Shown: positions 1 to 11,962 of the stretch, piece after piece
Layout of the letters: each line of letters starts with the position of its first letter
Position numbering within the stretch: the stretch's first letter is position 1
DNA from: Macrostomum lignano
Taxonomy: Eukaryota
DNA length: 64,000 nt
Direction of reading: 5' to 3'
Assembly (NCBI GenBank): GCA_002269645.1
Contig: NIVC01001176.1
Span: forward strand, 280,245 to 344,244
The notes under the pieces: generated by a model
Databases searched by the model: none
The model's input: the letters and a program-made list of their open reading frames with translations, nothing else
Told to the model about the DNA's origin: nothing
Position numbers and translations under genes: made by a program

Positions 1-2351
1 AAATCGCTAAAGAAACTGTCGATGCACTCAGACGCCCGGCAGTAGTTAACAGCACACCGAGGTGAAATTCGAGAGATAGAGAGCAAATACACAATCTAAC
101 TACTGATGGTCGATCAAAAGCACTGATGAAGAGAGACAGCTTCCACCATAGCGAGCTGCCTGCATCGCTTCAATCTCAAACCAGTTCTCACATTTCGGCC
201 TGTCAGTCAGAGCTCCCCCCCCTACCCCAACCACAACTGGCCGACACGCGAGCAGAGAGGCTCTGTAAGATTTCTCAGATCGAGTAAGGGTGGGAAAAAG
301 CAGAAGAAAAATGCATAAGGGGGTTCGGATTCGCAGGTATCGAACACTAAGCCTAATACCTGCCGACTCTGTAATCATCAAAGGGCCGCTCGCCCCGCCC
401 AGACCAGGGATCTGAAGAGCGAGAGAACATGGAGAGGAGAGAGTTTGTTACATTCGCCAGGAAAGAGGGAGACAAGAAGGCACGCAGACCTCGGGAAGTT
501 TCTCCCCCCCCCCCCCGAGTCTTGGGTCGGATGGGCACAAGCGGAACACGGGCAATTTGCATTGGGGGGGGGGGGGTTGGGCTCCGAGAGCATTGATTAA
601 GCGATTCTCCCTCCTCCAGTCTCTCCTCAGCTTCTAGGCGGACCTCATCAATCACCCTGGGGAGGGGGGGGGGGGGTTGCAGCCAGCCGCTTGTGTGTGT
701 ATTCGGGGCAAAGTTGATCAAGAGATAGGAAGAGAGTGGGGGATTTCTCCAGATGAAGCGTGTAGCTAGGGGAAAAAGTGAGTCCTGCTCAGGTTGAGTA
801 GGCACTCAATTCCATGGGAACATCGCATCGAAGGAATTGGTAGATGCTGGGGGTGCACTTCTCGCACTTCATCGAGATTAATGGAATGCTGCATAAGGTG
901 GAGGGTATTGGTCCTTGGATCTGGCGGCTCGAGAAGTTCAGTGGGATCATTATTTCTGTCCAGGTGTTTGCTGGAGCTGTCGACATCTCGTGTAATTATC
1001 AGAATTTTTGTTTGATGCGCAAGTTTTGTTTTAAACTCACGAAACCCCCCTCCCCGGTAACCCCCTGTTAAACTCAATGAAGTTTCGCGACTGTCAAAAC
1101 ATTTTGGCTCCTATTGATGCTAATAAAGCAACTCTTTTGGATGAGAGTTTAACAGACTTAAATTTTGCTTTCAGTGTAAAAAATCAAAGGTAAGCATGTA
1201 CAATAATAAATCGACCCTGGTTGGGGTTTTTAGTACGAAAATTGGCGAAGATTGGGAAGATGTCACCGAAGGCGTTGCGTTAGGGAGCCCACAAGCCCTA
1301 CTGGAAATATTTGTTTTAATATTTTATCCTTTCAGTTATTGTAAATTAAATTTACCAATCATGTTTACACTCGTTATGTACATCAACTGTAAAATAACTG
1401 TATATAAAAGTTTCACTTTCAATTGTCAGATTTCATGAATTTATGGTATTCGAAGCCCAGCTATCAAAGTGAAGAGAAATTCGATGCCAAGACAGCTGGT
1501 TTTTATTCCTGTGCCGGAGTGGGCAGCCAAGGGCAGGCCAGCAGGGACCAAATAAACGGGCAGGGTCGTAAAGCACCGGTCAAGGTCAGCACAGGCGCAT
1601 CAAATCCCAGTTGGGCCTGCTTTCGGTTTCTGAACAAGAACTCTCGCTCTGTTTCTGCTGGCTTCTCCAAAGCTGCCGCCTCCGCTGCTGCGGTGTCGAG
1701 AACCTCAATAATAATAAAAAACTTGCAGCATCCCAAAATGGGAAGCGCGTGGGCGGAAGTCCCAGGCTCAGCCCATCCCTCTTTCCCTGCCCAAGGTCCC
1801 GGAGTTGGCCGTGTCGGATTTCCCGCTCTGCTCAGCTCTCTTCTCAGCCATCTTCTTTTTTGTACAGCCGTTTCGGCTAGTGCAACACACCGCATAGCAC
1901 GGAGTGGGCCTAACGGTAGAAGTTTAACAAATTAATGGAGTTGTCTGTACCTCTCGCTAGAGGCCCGAGGAAGGTTCCAGAGTTTTTTAGCCCAAAATTC
2001 ACACAGTCTCAACATTTTAACGTCCGGATGGCAAATGAAGAGAGTGGGAAGAGTGAGAATCTTATCGAGCTATTTTTTTTCATGGAAGGCTACCGGAGAC
2101 CGGCAAACGAGCCAAGTTGCTATCTACTTTTACTGTCTATGGGCCGAAACCCAATTGACGTTACAAAACCTTAGCAAAATTTATTACATTATTTATAGAA
2201 TAAAAACTGTGATTCGTGTATTTACGAGTATTTAGCTCAAGAAACTTGTGTATCAACATAAGCAAAAGGCACACACATTTAATTTGTAGTTTGGAAGTCC
2301 AGAAGGCCCTACGAATTGTCAACTTGCAAGCTTAAATATTACAGTGGCAAT

Positions 2352-2809
2352 CACAGAAACTAGGAACAACTAGATGGGCCACTCAGCACATTTTCGTGCA
2401 AGCTACTATTCACTTCAGTAGAGTGTTTTACACAAGCATTTTAATGTATTTTTAAAGACAAGGTAATTTATTGACTCTTTACCCCACCCCCCACTAGCTT
2501 AAAGCCCTCCAAACCGCCTTTCCACACAAATCTCTACCCCACCCCACCGCAAATTTATTGCCTTTTTCCCGCGTTCCAGCCAATTAAAGCTGGCATGTAC
2601 ATTTCAGTGGACTAGCTAATGTACACAATGGCTGAACCAATTAGCAAGTTGTTTATGTCTGCAAGCTTGGCTGCAAAGTCCGCAAAGTTAACAAAGGTTT
2701 CTTTAAATAATAGCTTATGCATTCTTCCTTACTACTAAAATAAAAGTAGAAAACTGTTTACTAAACATTTGTATACCTAGGTGGCCATCTATTTGTTCTA
2801 GTATCTGTG
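2352..2809. mobile_element. hAT-type non-autonomous element (MITE family 1, copy 1)
   Basis: Imperfect TIRs CACAGAAACTAGGAACAACTAGATGGGCCAC / GGTGGCCATCTATTTGTTCTAGTATCTGTG, with an exact 8-bp TSD GTGGCAAT (2344-2351, 2810-2817). A homologous copy lies at 51489-51936. Confidence 0.85.
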
Positions 2810-2998
2810 GTGGCAATATAGAACTCCCAGCCTAACATTTACAACCCTGTAAAACACATTAAAGTACACACTTTTGTTGAACAAACAAATTGAACTGATA
2901 AAACGGGTCTTTATATGATTATATTATACTGAATGTACATTGAGTGTAAACTTTTTCAACCTGCACCTCTGCGCAACCCCCCCCCCCAACTTTTACAG

Positions 2999-5900
2999 CG
3001 ACATGGGTTGGCGGCGGCTACATCAATGGCACGGCTGAGATTGTGTTCAATCCGGCTTACGGATTGGTGTGGGCGTTGGCTCCGTTCGGCTATGCGCTCA
3101 GTCTGGTGCTTGGTGAGTGCCCAGTTTGTTGTGTTGATTGCCAGACGCTAGAAAAACTGTCAGACCACAACAAACCAGTGACAGACCCAAGTAAGCGCCA
3201 CTGTCAGACCTCAGTAAGCGCCACTGTCAGACCCCAGTAAGCGCCACTGTCAGATCCAAGTAAGCGCTACTGTCAGACCCAAGTAAGCGCCACTGTCAGA
3301 CCTCAGTAAGCGCCACTGTCAGACCTCAGTAAGCGCCACTGTCAGTTCTCAGTAAGCGCCACTGTCAGACCTCAGTAAGCGCCACTGTCAGTTCTCAGTA
3401 AGCGCCACTGTCAGACCTCAGTAAGCCCACTGTAAGACCCCAAGTAAACGCCACTGTCAGACCACAGTAAGCCCACTGTAAGACCCCAAGTAAACGCCAC
3501 TGTCAGACCACAGTAAGCCCACTGTAAGACCCCAAGTAAGCGCCACTGTCAGACCTCAGTAAGCGCCACTGTCAGACCTCAGTAAGCGCACCAGCCGACC
3601 TTCAACGCAATTCCAGGCGGCATATTCTTCGCGGCCAAGATGCGCACCCAGGGCTACGTGACCATGCTGGACCCGTTCCAGTACAAGTACGGCGAGAGAA
3701 TGTGCGGCCTGCTGTTCGTCCCCGCACTTCTTGGCGAGGTCTTCTGGTCCGCCGCCATTCTGTCCGCCCTGGGTGAGCCTAGAGTGAATTCTTTTATTAC
3801 GGTGGAACGTAACGTCTTCGAGACATTACTCACTTCACGGCCATTCACGGCCATTCACTTCCGGTTCAATGGTCAAAATTCTATTTGCTTCCAGTTCCAA
3901 CAATCGAAATCACATTCACTTCCGGCTCCTGTGTTCAAGATCTTATTCACTTCCGGTTCCTATATTTAAGATCTTATTCACTTCCGGTTCCTATATTTAA
4001 GATCTTATTCACTTCCGGTTTCTATATTTAAGATCTTATTCACTTCCGGTTTCTATATTTAAGATCTTATTCACTTCCGGTTCCTATATTTAAGATCTTA
4101 TTCACTTCCGGTTCCATGTTAAAAATCGCATTCACATCCGGTTGGAATTCCACTCTCTTGAATCAATCAAAGTGTCGGTCACTTCCTTCCGGTCATTAAT
4201 CCTAAAGCTGTCCTTAAGTCCTTAACTTGAACTGCAACAAAGCGTAATACTTAATTACTAAAAAATCGAACTCAGGAGCCACACTAGAGGTGATCCTCAG
4301 CATGGGCAGCACCGAGTCAGTGATTGTGTCAGCCTGCATTGCCCTGGGCTACACTCTGTTCGGCGGACTCTACTCAGTGGCCTACACAGACGTTGTGCAG
4401 CTGTTCTGCATCTTCTTTGGACTGGTGAGGCCAGTGGAAGTTTCAATGTCACCATTCGAATACTGACAGATCCCCATTCGAATACTGACAGATCCCCATT
4501 CGAATACTGACAGATCCCCATTCGAATACTAACTGATTCAAATTCGAATACTGACAGATCCCCATTCGAATACTGACAGATCCCCATTCGAATACTGACA
4601 GATCCCCATTCGAATACTGACAGATCCCCATTCGAATACTGACAGATCCACATTCGAATACTGACAGACTTCCCTTTCCGAATCGATGCAGAGTTTATTG
4701 CAAGCGTGATTGATTCGTCTTCTCTCCCTCATCCCAGCTCAACTGCCGACTCAGCAAATTTCTTTCCCAGATCTAGAAGCGTCGTGCTGTTTCGAGAAAA
4801 CCTCTCCCGAATTGGAGAGTGAAAATCTTGAAAATCGATGCTTTTTGCTTTGCTAGTCCTGTCCTGTCCCTTACCTTCAAGGAGAATTGGAGAGAGGGAA
4901 GCATTTGGGAATTTTTTCCCCTAGCTTACCGATCATTCTTGACTTCGCGTGCGATTCGAGCAGCAAATTGGATGGGAATAAAAAAATTCGATTCCCGCGA
5001 GCGTGCGCACGAATCTCGTCATCAAAGTGCCGTGTTCTCCTCCTGCTCGCCGCTCGTCTCTCCCGCCCCATGCCCCCTTGAGTTCTCCGCACGAACCAGC
5101 TAGAAAAAAGCAGCGCCTTTTAAAGGGAAAATGGAGAAAGAGAGTAAAGAAAAAATTGCGACATCTCTGCTTCCGCCTGGACGCTAGCGTTCTCGGCCAT
5201 TGGGGACTGAGTAGGGGATAAATGCAATTAACGGCGTTCTGTCTCCCAGAGGATAACTGCCAAGCGATTCGCGCAGTCTGCTTTTCCAGCAGTCATTTCT
5301 CAGCCTCGATGAGTGTATTTACCCGAACAACACTACTTGCTACTAATGAGTAGCAGGGGACGCAAATTGTTTCACTTAATTGCATGCTATTTTTTAGTTT
5401 AAATCTTTCAAGGTCTCATTGCACCTCTACGAGTATGCAGTCCTCAGATCCTTCAGTTCCTTCTATCCAGTCCTCAGATCCTTCAGTTTCTTCTATCCAG
5501 TCCTCAGATCCCCCAGTTCCTTCTATCCAGTCCTCAGATCCTTCAGTTTCTTCTATCCAGTCCTCAGATCCCCCAGTTCCTTCTATTCAGTCCTCAGATC
5601 CTTCAGTTTCTTCTATCCAGTCCTCAGATCCTTCAGTTTCTTCTATCCAGTCCTCAGATCCCCCAGTTCCTTCTATCCAGTCCTCAGATCCTTCAGTTTC
5701 TTCTATCCAGTCCTCAGATCCCCCAGTTCCTTCTATTCAGTCCTCAGATCCTTCAGTTTCTTCTATCCAGTCCTCAGATCCTTCAGTTTCTTCTATCCAG
5801 TCCTCAGATCCCCCAGTTTCTTCTATCCAGTCCTCAGATCCTTCAGTTTCTTCTATCCAGTCCTCAGATCCCCCAGTTCCTTCTATTCAGTCCTCAGATC

Positions 5901-8052
5901 CTTCAGTTTCTTCTATCCAGTCCTCAGATCCCCCAGTTCCTTCTATTCAGTCCTCAGATCCTTCAGTTTCTTCTATCCAGTCCTCAGATCCTTCAGTTTC
6001 TTCTATCCAGTCCTCAGATCCTTCAGTTTCTTCTATTCAGTCCTCAGATCCTCCAGTTTCTTCTATTCAGTCCTCAGGTCCTTCAACCCTTCTCTCTTCA
6101 ACCCAAATCACGTGACAAATAACTGGCCGCTCTCGTCCACCCACCCAGTGGCTCTCGGTGCCGTTCGCCATGACCAGCAGCTACACCCAGCCAATCCTGA
6201 GCACGGCGGTCCAGCGGGTGTGGAACGGCACTGAGCAGTTCGGCTGGCTCGGCAAGCTGGACCCCCTGGACGGAGCCAATTACGCAGACAACCTGCTCAT
6301 GCTCACCTTCGGTGGCATTCCCTGGCAGGTGTACTTTCAACGGGTGCTGTCGGCTAAGTCGGCCAAGAAGGCCCAGGTTCTGTCCTATGTGGCCGCCTTT
6401 GGCTGCCTGCTGATGGCCGTGCCGTCTGTTCTGATTGGCGCGGTGGCCGCTTCTGCTGGTGAGAGCTGTTATGAATGCTGTTATGAATGCTGTTATGAAT
6501 GCTGTTATGAATGCTGTTATGAATGCTGTTATGAATGCTGTTATGAATGCTGTTATGAATGCTGTTATGAATGCTGTTATGAATGCTGTTATGAATGCTG
6601 TTATGAATGCTGTTATGAATGCTGTTATGAATGCTGTTATGAATGCTGTTATGAATGCTGTTATGAATGCTGTTATGAATGCTGTTATGAATGCTGTTAT
6701 GAATGCTGTTATGAATGCTGTTATGAATGCTGTTATGAATGCTGTTATGAATGCTGTTATGAATGCTGTTATGAATGCTGTTATGAATGCTGTTATGAAC
6801 GGTGTGGCTGTTATGAATGGTGTGGCTGTTATGAACGGTGTATCTGTTATGAATGATGTGGCTGTTATGAATGGTGTGGCTGTTATGAATGATGTGGCTG
6901 TTATGAATGGTGTGGCTGTTATGAATGGTGTGGCTGTTATGAATGCTGTTCTGAATGGTGTGGCTGTTATGAATGCTGTTATGAATGGTGTGGCTGTTAT
7001 GAATGCTGTTATGAATGGTGTGGCTGTTATGAATGCTGTTATGAATGGTGTGGCTGTTATGAATGCTGTTATGAATGGTGTGGCTGTGAGTGCATTAGTG
7101 TCAAGCCGAAGAACGCCATAAACTTAGCACATTTACCTGATTTAAGTCTCCAAACTATGCCGCAGACTGGGAGGCGACTGGCTTTCTCAACAAAACCGAA
7201 GGCCAGTTCGCGGAAAAAGAGATGAAGCTGATCCTGCCGCTGGTGCTCCAGTACCTCTGCCCGCCAGTCGTGTCATTCCTTGGCCTCGGGGTAGTCTCCG
7301 CCGCTGTCATGTCCTCCGCTGACAGCTCGATCCTGTCCGCAGCCTCGATGTTTGCTCGAAACGTCATGAAGCCGATCTTCTGGCAGCAGGCCACGGACCG
7401 GCAGATCATCTGGTCGATGCGAGTCGCCATAGCCGTCATCGGCGCCATCGCCTGCGTGCTGGCAATCAAGATCACCACCATCTACGGCCTGTGGTTCCTC
7501 TGCTCCGATCTGGTCTTTGTCATCCTGTTCCCGCAGCTGCTCAACGTCATCTATATTAAGAAGTCGAACACATACGGCTCCCTGGCTGGCTACCTGGTCG
7601 GCCTGTTCTGCCGCCTCACCGCCGGCGAGACGCTGCTGTTCCTGCCGCCGCTGTTCCGCTATCCGGGATTCGTCGACGGGGAAGGCTTCTACCAGCGGTT
7701 CCCGGTGAAGACGCTCAGCATGCTGCTGTCTCTGGCAGCTTGCGTGGGCGTCAGCTACTTCACCGACTGGCTGTTCCACACCGGCCGCCTGCAGAAGCAT
7801 CACGACGTGTTTCGCTGCGTGGTTAACGTGGCCCCAGCAGAAGTGGAAGAGTCTCAGGGCGAGATGCTGTCAATCAGCAAGCTGAACCTCAGCCCGAACT
7901 CGCGCACCGGCAAGACCTTCGAATTGGACGTTCCGCAGTCGTCTGGCCGGGCTGCCGCTGCCGCCGCCGCCGCCGACTCTGAAGGTGCCGACGCGAAGCC
8001 GATAGCTGAGGCCGAAGCAGAGGAGAAGGCGCCCCTGTCCAATCATAATTGA
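2999..8052 (+). CDS. SLC5A7: High-affinity choline transporter (SLC5 family); 5' exon(s) not seen in window
   Basis: Exons 2999-3112, 3617-3772, 4276-4424, 6149-6458 and 7166-8052, all GT-AG with compatible phases. Motifs: [102 protein letters not shown]. Confidence 0.95.
3180..3590 (+). repeat. Intronic minisatellite, ~23-bp unit (GTAAGCGCCACTGTCAGACCTCA)
   Basis: About 18 tandem units read directly. Confidence 0.9.
3935..4112 (+). repeat. Intronic minisatellite, 31-bp unit (TTTAAGATCTTATTCACTTCCGGTTCCTATA)
   Basis: About 5-6 tandem units. Confidence 0.9.
4449..4668 (+). repeat. Intronic minisatellite, 22-bp unit (TACTGACAGATCCCCATTCGAA)
   Basis: About 10 tandem units starting ~25 nt after the donor at 4425. 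Confidence 0.9.
5438..6082 (+). repeat. Intronic minisatellite, 30-bp unit (CAGTCCTCAGATCCTTCAGTTTCTTCTATC)
   Basis: About 21 units; accounts for the repetitive ORFs 5384-6115 and 5419-6234. Confidence 0.95.
6465..7087 (+). repeat. Intronic minisatellite, 12-bp unit (GCTGTTATGAAT) grading into 18/30-bp variants
   Basis: About 27 perfect 12-mers, then units with GGTGTG insertions; fills intron 6459-7165. Confidence 0.95.
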
Positions 8053-8206
8053 CTCGGACAGTCATAAATCAAATAGTTTATGGTCTCGACTGTTGTCATT
8101 CTATATTATTAACTAAATAGTACCTGTTGTACTTTTTTGAGCAGATTTTGTGCTTTAGGGTGAATCTGATCATATAGTGAATCTGATCATATACTGAATC
8201 TGATCA

Positions 8207-8459
8207 TGTGATAACTTTGTTAAGCGAGGCAGAAGTGTGGAATTGCAGGAGTGAGTAAAAGGTGCTCGCTTGAGAGCTAGGCTGCTAACATTTATTATTT
8301 AGCACTGAGGTGGTGGGTGCAGACAGATTCAAACGCGCGCATGGGGTGGGGTGGAATAAAATACAATCTCTAAGCCGATCAATAACAACTCCACTGCTAG
8401 CGAGTCAACACTACAGTGCATGCAACCTATAGCAAAGTTCATCGTGTCACTATGTCACA
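8207..8459 (-). repeat. 3' LTR
   Basis: Direct repeat of 11710-11962 with 3 substitutions seen; minus-strand AATAAA near 8290. Confidence 0.95.
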
Positions 8460-8481
8460 TCTCCCCCCTAAGTTAACGCCC

Positions 8482-9130
8482 TCACTGCAGCATCAATCTG
8501 TTAGGTGGTGCTCGAACTCGAGTCGGGTAGCGCCGGGGTGCCTCGTTAGCAGAGTCAGCCGTGTCTGCCTGCGGCGAGGCTGGCGTGCCGCCAGCGTCAG
8601 GTGCCGCGCAGTCCTCGGCCGGGGTTGTGCTGCTATTCGACTCGGCCAACCCAGCGGGAGCCGCCAGCAGCTGGTCAGCGTGTCGCGCTTGTACGCCGCG
8701 CCCAGAATCGACTGTGCAGTTGCGAGTGCCGGCATTGACAATGACACCTTCGGCCCAGCGGCTGCTTTCTCCTGCACGAGCAGCAGTGCTGAAATCGCGG
8801 TAGAGCACACGATCTCCAGGCTGGAACTGGCGCGCTGGCCGCTGCTGCTGAAGCTGATGCTGCTGTCGCTGTTGCATGGCCGAAGTCAACGATGGTGTCA
8901 GGAGGTCCAGCCGGCTGCGCAGCCGGCGGCCAATGAGCAGCTGACTCGGCGCGGTGCCACTGACGCTGTGCGGAGTGTTGCGATAGGCCATCAGCAGTCG
9001 TTGAAGTTGCGCGTCTGAGTGACCGCACTTACTCAGATGCCGCTTCAGTACCTGGACGAAGCGCTCGGCCTGGCCGTTGGTCACCGAGTGGAATGGCGCC
9101 GAGAAGATGTGCCGGATGCCGTTGGAACTG
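8482..9130 (-). pseudogene. Integrase C-terminal fragment
   Basis: SNGIRHIFSAPFHSVTNGQAERFVQVLK...LMAYRNTPHSVSGTAPSQLLIGRRLRSRLDLL. The HHCC zinc finger and the catalytic Asp region are missing. Confidence 0.9.
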
Positions 9131-10900
9131 ACTCGAGCGCATAGTCATAGCTCGCCAGCCGGATCGCCCACCGCTGCATGCGGGCTGCAGCGTGTGCCGG
9201 GATGCCTTTCCGCTCGCCCAGTAGCCCGAGTAGCGGCAGGTGATCAGTGACTATCGTGAATCTCCGGCCGTAGAGGAATTGATGGAAGCGGTGCAGCCCG
9301 AACATTATGGCCAGCGCCTCCTTGTCGAGCTGCGAGTAGCCCCGCTGAGCTGCGTTCAGGGTGCGGCTAGCGAATGCCACTGCGCAGTCTTTGTTGTCGA
9401 TGCGATGGGACAACACCACACCCACTCCGTATGGTGAAGCGTCACACTCGAGCCGCAGCGGCAGATCCGGATTGTAATGCACCAGCACAGGTGAATGGAG
9501 CAGCAGACGCTTAGCTTCGCTGAAGGCGGTTTGCTGCGGCTTGTCCCACGTCCAACGAACGTCCTTGGCCAGCAGCTGATTGAGCGGCGCCACAACGGTG
9601 GACAGGTTAGGCAGGAACCGGCCGTACTGAGTCAGCATGCCGAGGAACGAGCGCAGCTGGCTGATATCCTTCGGCGCTGGGGCGTCTTGAATTGCGGCCA
9701 CCCTGTCCGTCAGCGGGCTGAGTCCACATGCGTCAATGCGATAACCCAGATACTCGACTGAGTCCATGAAGAACTGGCTCTTTTGCTTGTTCAGCCTGAG
9801 TCCCGAATCAAGAAGGCGCTGCAGAACTTCTTCCAGGTTTTTCTTATATTGGTGCATCGTCTTGCCGGTGACCAGGATGTCATCGACAAACACCTGGACA
9901 GAGTCGAGATCTCCTAGCAGAGTGTCCAGCGTCCGTTGGAAGATCGCAGTGGCGCACTTGATCCCAAAAGGCATGCGATTGAGCTGGTAGAGTCCCTTCG
10001 GCGTGTTGATCGTGACGAAGGCTTTGCTGTCTTCGGCGAGCGGAAGCTGCAGGAAGGCATTGGACAGATCGAGTTTTGTCCACTTGCAGCCGCCTCCCAG
10101 CTTGGCAAACAGGTCCTCGATCTTAGGCAGAGGGTATTGCTCGGTCAGGCACGCCGGGTTGAAAGTTTGCGTATAATCACCGCAAATCCTGACGCCGCCA
10201 TCCTTCTTGACCACCGGAACGATCGGAGAGGCCCAATCGCTGTGCTTAACCGCCGAAATGATGCCGTTGGCCTCCAGTCTCTGCAGCTCCTCGTCCACGC
10301 GCTCTCGTAGTGCATACGGAACCGGGCGGGCTTTAAAGAACCGAGGTTGGGCACCGTCGACGACGTTGAGCCGCACTTTACCGTGTCGATATTCGCCAAG
10401 TCGGTCCTCGAACACCGCAGCAAATCTCTCATGCAGGTCGCTGATGTCGCTATCGGTCGACACGGCGTGCACCTGGGCCATAATTGTCGGCCAGTCCAGC
10501 CGAAGGTGAGCCAGCCAGTCTCGTCCCAGCAGTGCCGTGTCTCCTTTGTCGACTACAAGCAGCGGTAGCTGTAGCTGCTGGGTGTTGTGCTGGACGCAGA
10601 CTGTGGCTTGGCCTCGCGGATGAAAGCGTTCATTGGTGAAGGTTCGCAGCACTGCAGCCGATGGAGCCAGTTGTAGCTGAGGGAGTAACTTTTGCTGCAG
10701 CTGCTGCGGCATCAGCGTGACTGCAGAGCCGGTGTCGATGACAAACTGGCATTCCTGGCCGTTGACGAGCAGCATGACTGTCGGTCCAGCGTTTCTGCCT
10801 GTTGGTCGGACTGCGAAGATGGGCACCTGGGTGTCACACGCGCCTTCGACAGTAGGTGCCATCCGCTCCTCTTGTAGCATGTGTAGCTTGGCTGCTTGGT
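9130..10900 (-). pseudogene. Pol: aspartic protease, reverse transcriptase, RNase H
   Basis: VIDTGSAVTL (PR); RICGDY, LDLSNAFLQL, RMPFGI, FVDDIL (RT); CDASPYGVGVVL, DKEALAI, TDHLPL (RH). Confidence 0.95.
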
Positions 10901-11709
10901 GAACTGGCAGACCTTGCGGATATGGCCGACCTTGCCGCATGCATGGCACTTGGCGTCCCTGAACTTGCATGAATGACGCTCGTGGGAACCGCCACAGCTT
11001 TTGCATGAGCTGCCACCGCCACCGTTGCCGCTGCCGTTGCCGCTGCCGTTGCCGCTGCCGCCGTTGCCGCTGCCGCCGTTGTCGCTGCCGCTGACCCGAT
11101 GCCCTCTGTGGTGCGCTGAGGGTGTCACCTGCTTGCGGCTACCTCTCTTGCTGACAAATTGCAGATTGGCAACAGACTCCGATGCCCTTTGTGACATCTC
11201 CAGGGACGAACGCTCTGCAGACTCCAGCGACATAGCCTTTGTTTGCAGGGATTCGAAAGTCGGCTCAACGACTTCCAGCAGCTTGGCTCGATAGGCGTTG
11301 CTTCGAAGGCCGAACACGAGTTGGTCTCGGAGCCGCTCATTTAGCGACTCACCGAAGTTGCAGTCATCTGACAGAGCCTGGAGCCCCGCGATGAATGCCG
11401 TGAAGCTCTCGCCTGCTTGCTGAGTTCGTTGTTGGAAACGGAACCTCGCAGCTAGCTCCGAAGGCTTGGGTGCGAAGTGCGTTGTCAGCAGCTTCTTCAG
11501 GTCAGCGTAAGACTTCTGCGCCACTTGGACCGGCTGGCACAGACTCCGCAGTGTGATGTAAGCCTCCTCTCCGATCGACGTGATCAGAGTTGCCACTTTT
11601 GCTTCATCCTTCACCTCCTTGCAGATGAAGTACTGCTCGAGACGCTCTAGGAAGATCTCGATGTTTGTAATGGTAGCAGTTGGCCCAGCGTGGGCAGACT
11701 CGTCGCCAT
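10712..11709 (-). pseudogene. Gag with CCHC zinc knuckle
   Basis: IFLERLEQYF...ELAARFRFQQRTQQAGES...RLRDQLVFGL...CHACGKVGHIRKVC. The ATG at 11709 overlaps the PBS and is out of frame with the body. Confidence 0.9.
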
Positions 11710-11962
11710 TGTGATAACTTTGTTAAGCGAGGCAGAAGTGTGGAATTGCAGGAGTGAGTAAAAGGTGCTCGCTTGAGAGCTAGGCTGCTAACATTTATTA
11801 TTTAGCACTGAGGTGGTGGGTTCAGACAGATTCAAACGCGCGCATGGGGTGGGGTGGAATAAAATACAATCTCTAAGCCGATCAATAACAACTCCACTGC
11901 TAGCGAGTCAACACTACAGTGCATACAACCTATAGCAAAGTTTATCGTGTCACTATGTCACA
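11710..11962 (-). repeat. 5' LTR
   Basis: Direct repeat of 8207-8459, followed on the minus strand by the PBS. Confidence 0.95.

Larger units (their letters stand above)
8207..11962 (-). mobile_element. Ty3/Gypsy (Mag-like) LTR retrotransposon, internally deleted
   Basis: Two 253-bp LTRs (TGTGA...TCACA) and a 5-bp TSD GATCA (8202-8206, 11963-11967). PBS TGGCGACGAG is adjacent to the 5' LTR and a PPT (minus-strand AGGGGGGAGA) is adjacent to the 3' LTR. Domain order gag-PR-RT-RH-IN. Confidence 0.97.

Noticed and set aside
1-2240. Several 60-170-aa ORFs, G/C homopolymer runs and an exon-like stretch ending in GTAAG (~1190)
   Set aside because: No motif or consistent frame. Possibly decayed mobile DNA, but I cannot assign it, and I could not find the missing SLC5A7 5' exons here.
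5384-7121. Long repetitive ORFs ([10 protein letters not shown])n, (CYEC)n, (AVMN)n that look like mucin or metallothionein-like proteins
   Set aside because: They are translations of intronic minisatellites; canonical splice sites remove them and the spliced transporter is complete.
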